DNA of 64,000 nucleotides from Thermoanaerobaculia bacterium (lineage in GTDB: Bacteria > Acidobacteriota > Thermoanaerobaculia > Multivoradales > Multivoraceae). Location: positions 5,728,001 to 5,792,000 of the forward strand of contig OY761158.1 of NCBI GenBank assembly GCA_963664405.1, given 5' to 3'. Every line of letters starts with the position of its first letter. The stretch's first letter is position 1. The notes under the pieces were generated by a model, which saw only the letters and a program-made list of their open reading frames with translations, ran no database searches and was not told the origin of the DNA. The position numbers and the translations under genes are program-made. Positions 51,495 to 61,964 of the stretch are shown here, piece after piece.

Positions 51495-53123
51495 GTGCCG
51501 AGCCTCTACGAAAAAGATCTAGACAAGAACAGCGCCAACCACGTTCCGTTGTCTCCGTTGAGCTTTCTGCCTCGCACCGCGGCGATCTTTCCGGACGGAG
51601 TGGCCGTCGTCCATGGGGATCAGCGAACGACTTGGAAGGAGGTCTACGATCGTTGCCGTCGGCTCGCTTCGGCTTTGAAGGGTCTCGGAGTCGAGCGCGG
51701 TGAGACGGTATCGATCATGGCAGCCAACTGTCCACCGATGTTCGAGGCCCACTTCGGAGTGCCGATGGCCGGAGCGGTGCTCAACCCACTTAACTATCGC
51801 CTCGACGCGGCCGCGATCGCCTTCACTCTCGAGCACGGCGAGGCCAAGGTGCTGCTCACCGATACCGAGTTCTCGCCCACCATCCGCGAGGCTCTCGGCC
51901 TGCTGAAGCGAGAGATCACAGTGATCGACATCGATGATCCGATGGCGCCGGGAGGAGAGCTTCTGGGCTCGATGGAATACGAAGAGCTCCTAGCTGGAGG
52001 AGATCCTCGATTCGAGTGGTCCCTTCCTGACGACGAATGGGATGCGATCTCGCTGAGCTATACCTCGGGAACCACCGGCAATCCCAAGGGCGTCGTTTAC
52101 CACCACCGCGGTGCCTATCTCAACGGTCTAGGAAATGTCATCTCCTGGAGTCTGCCGAAACACCCTGTCTACCTGTGGACTCTACCGATGTTTCACTGCG
52201 ACGGCTGGTGTTTCCCTTGGACGCTTGCCGCGGTCGCCGGCACCAACGTGTGCCTACGTCGCGTCGAGACCAGCGCCATCTACGCGGCTATCGCCAAGGA
52301 GAAGGTCACTCACCTTTGCGGCGCACCGATCGTGATGCAGATGATTCTGCAGGGAAGCCCTACCGAACAGCAGTCCTTCGACCACCAGGTCAAGATGCTG
52401 ACGGCCGCCGCACCGCCGCCGCCGGCAGTGCTCGCGGCGATGGCGGCGTCCGGGTTCGATGTGACCCACGTATACGGGCTCACCGAGACATACGGTCCGG
52501 CAGTGCTGTGCGAGTGGCAGCAGGAGTGGAGCGACCTCTCCGCTGAAGAGCAGGCTACCTTGCGTGCCCGGCAGGGTGTTCCCTACGCGGTTCAGGAGGG
52601 CCTCATGGTCGCCGACGCGGAGAGCCTCGCGCCGGTGCCGAAGGACGGCGCCACGATGGGTGAGGTATTCATGCGTGGGAACATCGTCATGAAGGGCTAT
52701 CTCAAGAATCCGAGCGCGACGAATGAAGCTTTCGCGGGCGGTTGGTTCCACACCGGTGATCTCGGTGTTTGGCACTCCGGTGGCTACATCGAGCTCAAGG
52801 ACCGCTCCAAAGACATCATCATTTCGGGCGGAGAGAACATCTCTTCGATCGAAGTGGAGGGCGTGCTCTACCGACACCCGGCGGTTGCGGCCGCCGCGGT
52901 GGTCGCCAAGGAAGATGAGAGGTGGGGCGAGACTCCCTGCGCTTTCGTCGAGTTGAAGGCGGATGCGACCGCTTCGGCCGACGAGATCATCGAGTTCTGT
53001 AGAGACCATCTCGCAGGCTTCAAATGCCCGCGTTTTGTCGTCTTCGGCGAGTTGCCGAAGACCTCGACCGGCAAGATCCAGAAGTTCCGACTGCGTGAGC
53101 GAACCAAGGAAGTGGGTCGATAG
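51495..53123 (+). CDS. Acyl-CoA synthetase (medium-chain/DmdB-like)
   Basis: AN..PLSPLSFL.R, YTSGTTGNPKGVVYHHRGAY, LPMFHC.GWCFPW, YGLTETYGP and PKTSTGKIQKF. Confidence 0.9.
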   Translation: MPSLYEKDLDKNSANHVPLSPLSFLPRTAAIFPDGVAVVHGDQRTTWKEVYDRCRRLASALKGLGVERGETVSIMAANCPPMFEAHFGVPMAGAVLNPLNYRLDAAAIAFTLEHGEAKVLLTDTEFSPTIREALGLLKREITVIDIDDPMAPGGELLGSMEYEELLAGGDPRFEWSLPDDEWDAISLSYTSGTTGNPKGVVYHHRGAYLNGLGNVISWSLPKHPVYLWTLPMFHCDGWCFPWTLAAVAGTNVCLRRVETSAIYAAIAKEKVTHLCGAPIVMQMILQGSPTEQQSFDHQVKMLTAAAPPPPAVLAAMAASGFDVTHVYGLTETYGPAVLCEWQQEWSDLSAEEQATLRARQGVPYAVQEGLMVADAESLAPVPKDGATMGEVFMRGNIVMKGYLKNPSATNEAFAGGWFHTGDLGVWHSGGYIELKDRSKDIIISGGENISSIEVEGVLYRHPAVAAAAVVAKEDERWGETPCAFVELKADATASADEIIEFCRDHLAGFKCPRFVVFGELPKTSTGKIQKFRLRERTKEVGR

Positions 53124-53151
53124 GGTGCCTGGCCCTTGATAGGCTGCGAGG

Positions 53152-54447
53152 ATGACGCGAGAGGATCTGCTCGAGCGTTTTCGGGGAACGCGGCAGGCAA
53201 GTGTGGATCTCAGCTCGCCTCTGCAGCCCGAGGACTACCGCATTCAGACGATGGCGGATGTGAGCCCGCCGTGGTGGAACTTGGGCCACACCACCTGGTT
53301 CTTTGCCAAGAATGTTCTCGAGCCTTTCGGCCTCTACAGCGCCGAAGACGCTCGCCTCGAGTATGTGCTCAACTCCTACTATGAGGCTCTCGGACCGCGG
53401 GTGCCGCAAGTCGAGCGGGGGCTCCAGACTCGGCCGACGACTCCGGAGATCTTCGCTTTTCGGGGTCGAACAGACGATCGAGTCGCGACTCTGATCCGCG
53501 ACGTTTCCGAGGCGGACTGGGAGCGTGCCGAGTTTCTGATCGTCACCGGCATTCACCACGAGCAGCAGCATCAGGAGCTGCTGGTCACGGAGATGAAGCA
53601 CATCCTCGGATCCAACGTTGCAGAGCTGAGGACTGCCTATGGTGCGACCAGCGCCAGCTCCGAGAGCGTAGTCGTCTCAGAGCTCGAGGCAATTGCGCTT
53701 CAGGGCGGCCTCGACGAGTTCGGCAACCTAGAGGGGGGATGGTGTTTCGACAATGAGCTTCCGGTTCACCAAGCATGGCTCGAGCCTTTTGCGGTGGCAA
53801 ATCGGCTGATCTCGAACGGGGAGTATCTCGAGTTCATGGCAGATGGGGGCTATCAAGAACCGCTACTTTGGCTCGCCAACGGCTGGGCGCGGGTGCAGGA
53901 GAAGGGCTGGGAGCATCCTCTCTACTGGGAGAAGGTGAACGGAGAGTGGCAGCAGTGGAGCATGGCGGGGATGGGTCGACTGCGGCTCGACGAGGCTCTG
54001 TGTCACATCAGTTTCTATGAGGCCGATGCCTTTTGTCGATGGTTGGGGTCAACCCGATCGGGCTGGTCGGGCTGCCGCCTACCCACCGAAAGAGAGTGGG
54101 AGCATGCCGCTCGACGTTGTGGCTTCGACATCGCCGGCGGCAACTTCCTCGACGGTCATCGGCTGCACCCCGGGCCCTCTCCCGAGCGCATGAACGGGGC
54201 TCTTCCTCAGGCTGCCGGCGAGCTCTGGGAGTGGACCTCGAACCACTATGAGGCGTACCCCGGCTACACTCCTTTCGACGGTTCTTTGATGGAGTACAAC
54301 GGGAAGTTCATGGACAACCAGCGCGTCCTTCGCGGAGGTTCTTGTGCCACACCGCGCTCCCATATCCGGGTCAGCTATCGCAACTTCTGGGCACCGGAAA
54401 CGCGTTTTCAGTTCAGCGGCATTCGAGTAGCCCGTAGCTTGGACTGA
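53152..54447 (+). CDS. egtB: Ergothioneine sulfoxide synthase EgtB-like
   Basis: DinB domain LGHTTWFF..HEQQHQE iron triad, NSYY, FGE-sulfatase domain, EYNGKFM and YRNF..QFSG.R. Confidence 0.85.
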   Translation: MTREDLLERFRGTRQASVDLSSPLQPEDYRIQTMADVSPPWWNLGHTTWFFAKNVLEPFGLYSAEDARLEYVLNSYYEALGPRVPQVERGLQTRPTTPEIFAFRGRTDDRVATLIRDVSEADWERAEFLIVTGIHHEQQHQELLVTEMKHILGSNVAELRTAYGATSASSESVVVSELEAIALQGGLDEFGNLEGGWCFDNELPVHQAWLEPFAVANRLISNGEYLEFMADGGYQEPLLWLANGWARVQEKGWEHPLYWEKVNGEWQQWSMAGMGRLRLDEALCHISFYEADAFCRWLGSTRSGWSGCRLPTEREWEHAARRCGFDIAGGNFLDGHRLHPGPSPERMNGALPQAAGELWEWTSNHYEAYPGYTPFDGSLMEYNGKFMDNQRVLRGGSCATPRSHIRVSYRNFWAPETRFQFSGIRVARSLD

Positions 54448-54450
54448 CAG

Positions 54451-57132
54451 ATGAGCGACGATCTCCGAGCGCAGGGGCAGACGCCGGTGGATCCGGATCC
54501 GGAGGAAACCAAGGAGTGGCTCGATGCGCTCGACGCGGTGCTCGAGCGCGAGGGTCCGCAGCGTGCCCATGATCTGCTCGAAGCTCTAACCGCGAGAGCC
54601 CGCAGCGCCGGCGCCTACCTCCCTTTTCAAGCGACGACCGCGTACCTGAACACGATTCCCGCGAGCCGAGAACAGCGATCGCCGGGTGATTCGGATCTCG
54701 AGTGGCGCATCCGCAGCATCATTCGCTGGAACGCTATGGCGATGGTAGTGCGCGCGAATCGGGAAGAGAGCCTCGGGGGACATATCGCCAGCTTCGCCTC
54801 CGCGGCCACTCTTTACGACGTCGGCTTCAACCACTTCTTCCATGCGCCGAGCGAGAGCCACGGCGGCGATCTCGTCTTCATCCAGGGGCACAGCTCGCCC
54901 GGGATCTACGCTCGCGCCTTTCTCGAGGGGCGCCTCAGCGCCGAAGACCTCGGCCGCTTTCGCCAGGAAATCGGCGAGGGTGGTCTCTCCTCGTACCCGC
55001 ATCCCTGGCTGATGCCGGACTTCTGGCAGTTCCCCACCGTATCGATGGGGCTGTCGCCGATGATGGCGATTTACCAGGCTCGCTTCATGCAGTACCTCAA
55101 GGATCGAGAGATCCTCGATACCGCGGGTCGCAAGGTTTGGGCCTTCATGGGCGACGGTGAGATGGATGAGCCGGAGTCGCTCGGCGCTATCTCGCTGGCG
55201 GGCCGAGAGCGCCTGGACAATCTCATCTTCGTCATCAACTGCAACCTCCAGCGCCTCGATGGGCCGGTACGCGGTAACGCGAAGATCATCCAAGAGCTCG
55301 AAGGAGTTTTTCGCGGCGCCGGCTGGAATGTGATCAAGGTGGTGTGGGGCTCTTACTGGGACCCACTTCTCGCCCGCGACCACAAAGGGCTGTTGCGCAA
55401 GCGCATGGAAGAAGTCGTCGATGGGGAGTATCAGGCCTACAAGGCCAGCCTCGACGGGGCCTTTGTGCGCGACCACTTTTTCGGCAAATACCCCGAGCTG
55501 AGAGAGATGGTGGCGAGTCTCACCGACGAAGACATCTGGCGGCTGAATCGCGGCGGTCACGATCCCCACAAAGTCTACGCCGCCTATTGGGCCGCCACGC
55601 GCCACCGCGGCCAGCCGACGGTCATTCTTGCCAAGACGGTCAAGGGCTATGGCATGGGGATCTCGGGCGAGGGCCAGAACATCACCCATCAGCAGAAGAA
55701 GATGGGGGAAGAGGCTCTACGACAGATGCGCGACCGCTGGCACATCCCCGTTACCGACGAGGATCTGAAGCAGACACCCTTTTATCGCCCGCCGGAGGAT
55801 AGCGAAGAGATCCGTTACATTCGCGAGCGCCGCGAGGCCCTGGGCGGTTATCTGCCGGCCAGACGGCGCGAGGCGAGGCCGCTCGAGGTCCCGGGGTTGG
55901 ATGCATTCCAGGTACTTCTGGACGGCTCCGGCAAGCGCGAGAACTCCACCACCATGGCTTTCGTTCGTACCTTGATGGTGCTCACTCGCGACCGTAATTT
56001 GAAAGATCGCATCGTTCCCATCGTGCCGGACGAGGCGCGCACTTTCGGCATGGAGGGAATGTTCCGCCAGCTCGGTATCTACTCCTCGGTTGGTCAGCTC
56101 TATGAGCCCGTCGATGCCGGTCAGATCGCTCCCTACCGCGAGGCGAAGGATGGTCAGATTTTGGAGGAGGGGATCAATGAAGCCGGCGCGCTGTGCTCTT
56201 GGATTGCCGCCGGAAGCTCCTACAGCAACCACGACCTGCGGATGATTCCTTTTTTCATCTTCTATTCGATGTTCGGCTTCCAGCGCGTTGGTGATCTGCT
56301 GTGGGCGGCAGCCGATATGCGCACTCGGGGCTTTTTGCTCGGCGGCACCTCCGGCAGGACGACGCTCAACGGAGAAGGGCTGCAGCATCAGGATGGGCAT
56401 AGCCATCTGCAGGCCTCGGTGGTGCCGAATTGCATCTGCTATGACCCTACCTACGCGTACGAGCTGGTAGTCATCCTCCAGGATGGATTGCGAAGGATGT
56501 ATGCCGATCAGGAGAACGTCTACTACTACATCACCTTGATGAACGAGAACTACCGCCAGCCGGCGATGCCCGAGGGCGTCGAGGAGGGAATCCGGCGCGG
56601 CATGTATCTACTGCGGGCGGCGCCACGCAGGCGCAAGCGAAGGGCACAGCTGTTGGGATCCGGGACGATTCTGCGCGAAGCCGAGGCTGCAGCGGTCATA
56701 CTCGAAGAGCAGTTCGGCGTTGCGGCAGATGTGTGGAGCGTGCCGAGCTTTACAGAGCTCCGTAGAGACGGCCTAAGCGTCGAGCGGTGGAACCGGCTGC
56801 ATCCCGCGCAGGAGCCGCGCGTACCTTACGTTACGTCGCAGCTCGCCGGCCACTCAGGGCCTGTGGTTGCCGCTACCGACTACCTCAGCGCCTTCGCAGA
56901 TCAGATTCGGGCGTGGGTCCCGGGTCGCTACCTGACCCTCGGTACCGACGGCTTCGGCCGCAGCGATACTCGAGAGCGACTGCGGAGATTCTTCGAAGTC
57001 GATCGCAATCACATCGCTCTGGCAGCACTCAAAGGTCTCTTGGATGTCGGTGAGATCGAGGCCGAGACCGTCAGCGGTGCCGTCGAGAAGCTGGGGATCG
57101 ATGCCGAGGCCCCTGACCCGAGTCGCGTTTAA
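54451..57132 (+). CDS. aceE: Pyruvate dehydrogenase E1, homodimeric type
   Basis: DPDPEETKEWL, GGHIASFASAA, QFPTVSMGL, GDGEMDEPES, NCNLQRLDGPV and EGLQHQDG. Confidence 0.96.
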   Translation: MSDDLRAQGQTPVDPDPEETKEWLDALDAVLEREGPQRAHDLLEALTARARSAGAYLPFQATTAYLNTIPASREQRSPGDSDLEWRIRSIIRWNAMAMVVRANREESLGGHIASFASAATLYDVGFNHFFHAPSESHGGDLVFIQGHSSPGIYARAFLEGRLSAEDLGRFRQEIGEGGLSSYPHPWLMPDFWQFPTVSMGLSPMMAIYQARFMQYLKDREILDTAGRKVWAFMGDGEMDEPESLGAISLAGRERLDNLIFVINCNLQRLDGPVRGNAKIIQELEGVFRGAGWNVIKVVWGSYWDPLLARDHKGLLRKRMEEVVDGEYQAYKASLDGAFVRDHFFGKYPELREMVASLTDEDIWRLNRGGHDPHKVYAAYWAATRHRGQPTVILAKTVKGYGMGISGEGQNITHQQKKMGEEALRQMRDRWHIPVTDEDLKQTPFYRPPEDSEEIRYIRERREALGGYLPARRREARPLEVPGLDAFQVLLDGSGKRENSTTMAFVRTLMVLTRDRNLKDRIVPIVPDEARTFGMEGMFRQLGIYSSVGQLYEPVDAGQIAPYREAKDGQILEEGINEAGALCSWIAAGSSYSNHDLRMIPFFIFYSMFGFQRVGDLLWAAADMRTRGFLLGGTSGRTTLNGEGLQHQDGHSHLQASVVPNCICYDPTYAYELVVILQDGLRRMYADQENVYYYITLMNENYRQPAMPEGVEEGIRRGMYLLRAAPRRRKRRAQLLGSGTILREAEAAAVILEEQFGVAADVWSVPSFTELRRDGLSVERWNRLHPAQEPRVPYVTSQLAGHSGPVVAATDYLSAFADQIRAWVPGRYLTLGTDGFGRSDTRERLRRFFEVDRNHIALAALKGLLDVGEIEAETVSGAVEKLGIDAEAPDPSRV

Positions 57133-57145
57133 ACTAGCTAGGCCG

Positions 57146-58474
57146 ATGAGCAACGAAGTTCTTGTTCCCGACATTGGTGAGTTCGACGAGGTGGAGATCG
57201 TCGAGGTGCTTGTCCAGGCGGGAGACGAGGTAGAAGCGGAGACCTCCCTGGTCACTCTGGAGACTGACAAAGCCTCGATGGACATCCCTGCGCCGGCCGC
57301 GGGGAAGATCGCGGCCGTCCATGTTGTGGTCGGTGACATGGTGGGGGAGGGCGCCCTGATCGTCACTCTGCAGCCGAGCGCAGAGGGCGCCGGTGCCGAG
57401 GTCGAAGCGACGCCGGCCGCAAAGGACGTCGAGGCGGCAGCGACGGGACCCGAGCCGGAGTCCGTACCTTCGCCTCCCGCACAGGAGCCGACGATAGAAG
57501 AGAAGCCCCGGCCGACGGCAGCGGCCGGGAGTCGGCGGCCTCGTCCTGCCCCCGATCCGCCAGCGCTCGATGAGGCGATTCCCCATGCCAGCCCGTCGGT
57601 ACGTCGCTTCGCGCGGGAGCTCGGAGTCGATCTGCACAAAGTGCGCGGTAGCGGTCCCAAGGGCAGGATCCTGAAGGACGACGTTCAGTCCTTCGTCAAG
57701 GAGGCGTTGCACGCCCCTACGGCGGTCGCCGAGGGCTCTGCGATCCCGCCGATACCCACCCTCGATTTCTCGAAGTTTGGAGAGGTGGAGGAAGTGCCTC
57801 TCAGCCGCATTCGCAGGCTGTCGAAGAACAACCTTCACCGCTCATGGCTCAACGTCCCGCATGTAACCCAGCACGACCTGGCTGACGTCACCGAGCTCGA
57901 AGCGTTCCGTAAGAGTCGGAAAGCGGAGGCTGAGGCGCAGGGCGTGAAGCTGACTCCGTTGGCTTTCATCATGAAAGCCGTCGTGGCCGCGCTCCAGGAG
58001 TTTCCGCGTGTCTGTTCGTCTCTGTCTCCGAGCGGAGAAGCACTGATTTACAAGAAGTACTACCACCTCGGAGTCGCTGTCGACACCGACGACGGTTTGA
58101 TGGTGCCGGTCGTGCGCGATGTGGATCGAAAGGGTCTCTATGAGCTAGCCGCCGATCTCGCGCAGGTCAGCGACCGCGCGCGCGCGCGCAAGCTCACCCC
58201 GAGTGACATCCAAGGAGCCTGCTTCACGATCTCCAGTCTTGGCAGCATTGGAGGAACCGCCTTCACGCCCATTGTCAACGCTCCCGAGGTCGCCATCCTC
58301 GGCGTCTCTCGCTCGCGCTTGGAACCGGTATGGAGCGATGGCGGGGTGGTGCCGCGCCTCATGCTTCCACTCTCCCTCTCCTACGATCATCGAGTGGTCG
58401 ACGGTGCCGAGGCGGTTCGTTTTACGACCTACCTCAAGAGCGTTCTCGAAGACGTTCGGATGCTCCTTCTATGA
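57146..58474 (+). CDS. aceF: Pyruvate dehydrogenase E2, single lipoyl domain
   Basis: ETDKASMD lipoyl motif, HASPSVRRFARELGVDL and SYDHRVVDGA. Confidence 0.94.
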   Translation: MSNEVLVPDIGEFDEVEIVEVLVQAGDEVEAETSLVTLETDKASMDIPAPAAGKIAAVHVVVGDMVGEGALIVTLQPSAEGAGAEVEATPAAKDVEAAATGPEPESVPSPPAQEPTIEEKPRPTAAAGSRRPRPAPDPPALDEAIPHASPSVRRFARELGVDLHKVRGSGPKGRILKDDVQSFVKEALHAPTAVAEGSAIPPIPTLDFSKFGEVEEVPLSRIRRLSKNNLHRSWLNVPHVTQHDLADVTELEAFRKSRKAEAEAQGVKLTPLAFIMKAVVAALQEFPRVCSSLSPSGEALIYKKYYHLGVAVDTDDGLMVPVVRDVDRKGLYELAADLAQVSDRARARKLTPSDIQGACFTISSLGSIGGTAFTPIVNAPEVAILGVSRSRLEPVWSDGGVVPRLMLPLSLSYDHRVVDGAEAVRFTTYLKSVLEDVRMLLL

Positions 58475-59904
58475 CCGCAGCTAGCGAGGCCACCGACCTT
58501 CTGGTGCTGGGCTCCGGACCCGGCGGATATACGGCCGCCTTTCGCGCCGCCGATCTAGGAAAAACCGTGACGCTCGTCGAGCGCTACCCGATTCTGGGTG
58601 GGGTGTGCCTCAATGTCGGTTGTATCCCGTCTAAGGCGCTCCTACATGTCGCGGAGGTCCTGAGCGAGGTCGAAGCTCTTCCGGCAAGAGGCATCGAGCT
58701 CGGCGAGCCGAAGCTCGATCTCGACAAGTTGCGCGAGCACACCGCCGGGGTCGTGAGCCGGCTCACCGGCGGCTTGGCGCAGATGGCTAAGAGGCGAGGA
58801 GTGCGAGTGGTCCAGGGGACGGGGCGCTTTGTCGCTTCCGATCGTGTCGCGGTAGAGGGGGATGAGGGGGTGGAAGAAATCCCTTTCGAGTCCGCGATCA
58901 TTGCGGTCGGCTCTCGCACCGTCCAGATCCCCGGTATCCCATGGGACGACCCTAGAGTTTGGGACTCCACCGCGGCGTTGGAGCTTCGCCAGGTGCCGAA
59001 ACGTCTCCTGGTCGTCGGCGGTGGGATCATCGGACTGGAGATGGCGACGGTCTTCGATGCTCTAGGCTCGAAGATCACGCTCGTCGAGCTCCTCGACCGA
59101 CTGATGACCGGGTGCGACGCGGATCTTGTGAAGCCTCTGCTCCGCCGAGCGAAAAAGCGCTATGAGGCGATTCATCTAGGAGTGAAGGTCGCAGAGGTCA
59201 AGGCCCAGAAGAGAGGGCTGCGAGTCGTCTTCGAAGGAGAAGGCGCACCGCCGGACGCGACCTTCGATGCCGTTCTCGTCGCCGTGGGTCGGCGCCCCAA
59301 CGGAGACCGTATCGATGCGGAGGCTGCGGGTGTTGCGGTCGACGATCGAGGCTTCATCGCGGTCGATGAGCACCAGCGCACCAACGTAGCAAACATCTTT
59401 GCCATCGGCGACGTGGTCGGAGAGCCCATGCTGGCCCACAAGGCTTCTCACGAGGGCAAGGTCGCGGCCGAAGTCTTGGCAGGCGAGGTAAGCGCCTTCG
59501 ACGCTCGGGTCATCCCATCGGTGGCCTACACCGACCCCGAGGTGGCGTGGGTGGGGCTCGGCGAAGAGCAGGCGGCTCGCCAGGGTATAGAGGTCAAGAC
59601 GGCCTCGTTCCCATGGGCGGCCAGTGGCCGGGCTCTAGCCATGGGTCGATCAGAGGGGCACACCAAGTTGGTCTTCGACCCCGCGACAGGACGTCTCCTG
59701 GGCGGGGGTCTGGTGGGGCCAAGGGCGGGAGATCTGGTGGCCGAGCTGGCTTTGGCGATCGAGACCGGATGCGATGCCGAAGACCTAGCGCTCACGGTTC
59801 ATGCTCATCCAACACTTTCCGAGACGATCTCCTTTGCGGGCGAGGTCTACTCGGGAACCGTCACCGATTTGTATCTAGGTCGGCGTCGACGGGCCAAGGA
59901 CTAG
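58471..59904 (+). CDS. lpdA: Dihydrolipoamide dehydrogenase E3
   Basis: GSGPGGY, GGVCLNVGCIPSK, GGGIIGLE and HAHPTLSE. Confidence 0.95.
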   Translation: MTAASEATDLLVLGSGPGGYTAAFRAADLGKTVTLVERYPILGGVCLNVGCIPSKALLHVAEVLSEVEALPARGIELGEPKLDLDKLREHTAGVVSRLTGGLAQMAKRRGVRVVQGTGRFVASDRVAVEGDEGVEEIPFESAIIAVGSRTVQIPGIPWDDPRVWDSTAALELRQVPKRLLVVGGGIIGLEMATVFDALGSKITLVELLDRLMTGCDADLVKPLLRRAKKRYEAIHLGVKVAEVKAQKRGLRVVFEGEGAPPDATFDAVLVAVGRRPNGDRIDAEAAGVAVDDRGFIAVDEHQRTNVANIFAIGDVVGEPMLAHKASHEGKVAAEVLAGEVSAFDARVIPSVAYTDPEVAWVGLGEEQAARQGIEVKTASFPWAASGRALAMGRSEGHTKLVFDPATGRLLGGGLVGPRAGDLVAELALAIETGCDAEDLALTVHAHPTLSETISFAGEVYSGTVTDLYLGRRRRAKD

Positions 59905-60066
59905 ACCAGCGTTTCCAAAGTTCGCGCACATATCTCGGCCCCTTCTGTCCGCTGGCGGCGTTTCGCCTCCTCGACATATTGCCCAATATGCCTGCGTCGG
60001 CGCGCCTGGCCAGCGAACAGAATGACCTCGAGCTATTGCACACGAACTTTGGAAACGCTGGCCTAG
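59901..60066. repeat. 166-bp CTAG-bounded palindromic element (complete copy)
   Basis: CTAGACCAGCGTTTCCAAAGTTCG...CGAACTTTGGAAACGCTGGCCTAG; left CTAG contains the lpdA stop codon. Confidence 0.92.
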
Positions 60067-60175
60067 CTGGATCGCGACTGTGGCTCGTCCGCTACGCTGA
60101 TACCATCACGCTCGTGCTAGCCACGGACAGTGGCGGCGTCTCCAGATCCATTTTAGAGAAGAGAGGACCCTCCCA

Positions 60176-61933
60176 GTGCATGACATCGCGATTCGCAACG
60201 GCCGCATCATCGACGGTAGCGGGAGCCCGGAGTTTCACGGCGATATCGGTATCGAAGGCGACAAGATCGTCGCTGTCGGCTCCGATGTCGGCTCGGCGAG
60301 GCGTGAGATCGATGCGTCGGGCAAGCTGGTCGCTCCAGGCTGGATCGACATTCACACTCATTTCGATGCGCAGGTGTCCTGGGATCCCTACCTGACGCCC
60401 TCCTGCTGGAACGGGGTTACCACCGTCGTCATGGGCAACTGCGGCGTCGGTTTCGCCCCGGTGCGACCCCAGGACCGCGACTGGCTCATGGACCTGATGG
60501 ATGCAGTCGAGGATATCCCCGCCATCGCGATGGCGGCGGGTATGGAATGGGCCTGGGAGAGCTTTCCCGAGTACCTCGACGCGATCGGCCGCAAACCACA
60601 CTCGATGGATGTGGTGACCCAGATCCCGCATTGCGCGTTGCGTGTTTATGTCATGGGTGAGCGCGGTGCCGATGACGTCCAACCCACCGACGAAGAGCTC
60701 GCTCGGATGGCAGCGCTGGTGCAGGAGGGCATCGAGGCCGGCGCTCTCGGGGTCTCCTCGAACCGCCTACTCGCCCACCGCACCAAGCACGGCGAGGTGA
60801 TCCCCGGCAGCTTCGCGCGCTATCCGGAGCTCGAAGCGATCGCCGGTGGCATCAGCGCCGCGGGTGGCGGCGTGTTCCAGTTTGTCGGACCCTTTGAACG
60901 GGAGTGGCTTCTCGAGATCGCCAAGACCCCAGGGGTGAGCGTCACCTATCTCACCAGCGAGGCGGGGCAGGAGAACCTGGCCTTTTTCGACCAACACTGC
61001 ACCGACTACATCCGTATCTTCCCGCAGGTTCGGGGGCGGGCCACGACCATCCTGATGAACTTGGAAGGCTCCTTGCATCCCTACGTTCTCAACTACGCCT
61101 ATCGCGAGCTGGTCGGCGATCTAGGGATGCCGGAGCGTCTGGCCAAGATGCGTGATCCGGAAGTTCGCGCTCGCATCCTGGCCAGTGACTGGGATCTCAC
61201 CAACGACATTAGGGCCAGGAGCGATTTCGACAACGATCATCCCTTCTTGGCCGACTCCACTCCCGGGAGCCTGTTGCCGGGGCTCCTCGATCTCATGCAT
61301 TCGCAGCCCGAGCACGTGTATGTCCTCGGCGATCCCCCCAACTACGAGCCGGATGAAGATGCCAGTGTCGCAGCTCATGCTCGGCGCCACGGCCTCAGCG
61401 ACGTGGAGGCCTTCTACGACCTCATGACACAGGGCACGGGTGACACTCTGCTGCTCTACTATCTAGAGGGCTACACCCAGCGAAATTTCGACTATGTACA
61501 CGAGATGATGAGCAATCCACGGACTCGCAACGGCCTCAGTGACGCCGGCGCACACGTTGGCGCCGTAAGTGACGCTCATATGCCGACCTGGAATCTCACC
61601 TATTGGGGACGCGACCGCAGTCGGGGCGCGAAACTCGATCTCGAGACCATCGTCCACAAGCAGACCGGGGCCAACGCCGATCTTTACGGGCTCCGCGATC
61701 GAGGCCTGCTGAAGCCCGGCCTGCGCGCGGACGTCAACGTGATCGACTTCGAACGACTCTCGCCTGGGCCGCCTCCGCGTGTTGTCTACGACCTGCCCGA
61801 GCACGCCAAGCGCTACATGCAGCGGCCTCAGGGGTACGCAAGCACGATCTGTGGTGGCGAGATCGTGCTCGAAGCAGACGAGCTGACCGGGGCCTTGCCC
61901 GGCAAGCTCGTTCGCGGTCCGCAGACTGCCTGA
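60176..61933 (+). CDS. N-acyl-D-amino-acid deacylase family amidohydrolase
   Basis: PGWIDIHTHFD, GVTTVVMGNCGVGFAP, SDAGAH and DRG.L.PG.RAD.NVID. Confidence 0.9.
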   Translation: MHDIAIRNGRIIDGSGSPEFHGDIGIEGDKIVAVGSDVGSARREIDASGKLVAPGWIDIHTHFDAQVSWDPYLTPSCWNGVTTVVMGNCGVGFAPVRPQDRDWLMDLMDAVEDIPAIAMAAGMEWAWESFPEYLDAIGRKPHSMDVVTQIPHCALRVYVMGERGADDVQPTDEELARMAALVQEGIEAGALGVSSNRLLAHRTKHGEVIPGSFARYPELEAIAGGISAAGGGVFQFVGPFEREWLLEIAKTPGVSVTYLTSEAGQENLAFFDQHCTDYIRIFPQVRGRATTILMNLEGSLHPYVLNYAYRELVGDLGMPERLAKMRDPEVRARILASDWDLTNDIRARSDFDNDHPFLADSTPGSLLPGLLDLMHSQPEHVYVLGDPPNYEPDEDASVAAHARRHGLSDVEAFYDLMTQGTGDTLLLYYLEGYTQRNFDYVHEMMSNPRTRNGLSDAGAHVGAVSDAHMPTWNLTYWGRDRSRGAKLDLETIVHKQTGANADLYGLRDRGLLKPGLRADVNVIDFERLSPGPPPRVVYDLPEHAKRYMQRPQGYASTICGGEIVLEADELTGALPGKLVRGPQTA

Positions 61934-61964
61934 GGCGCCGTCATTCCGACACCGGGAGTTCGTC

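Noticed and set aside
53152-54447. Selenoneine synthase SenA
   Set aside because: No senB or selD neighbours, and the motifs (HEQQHQE, EYNGKFM) are closer to EgtB; kept only as a variant to test
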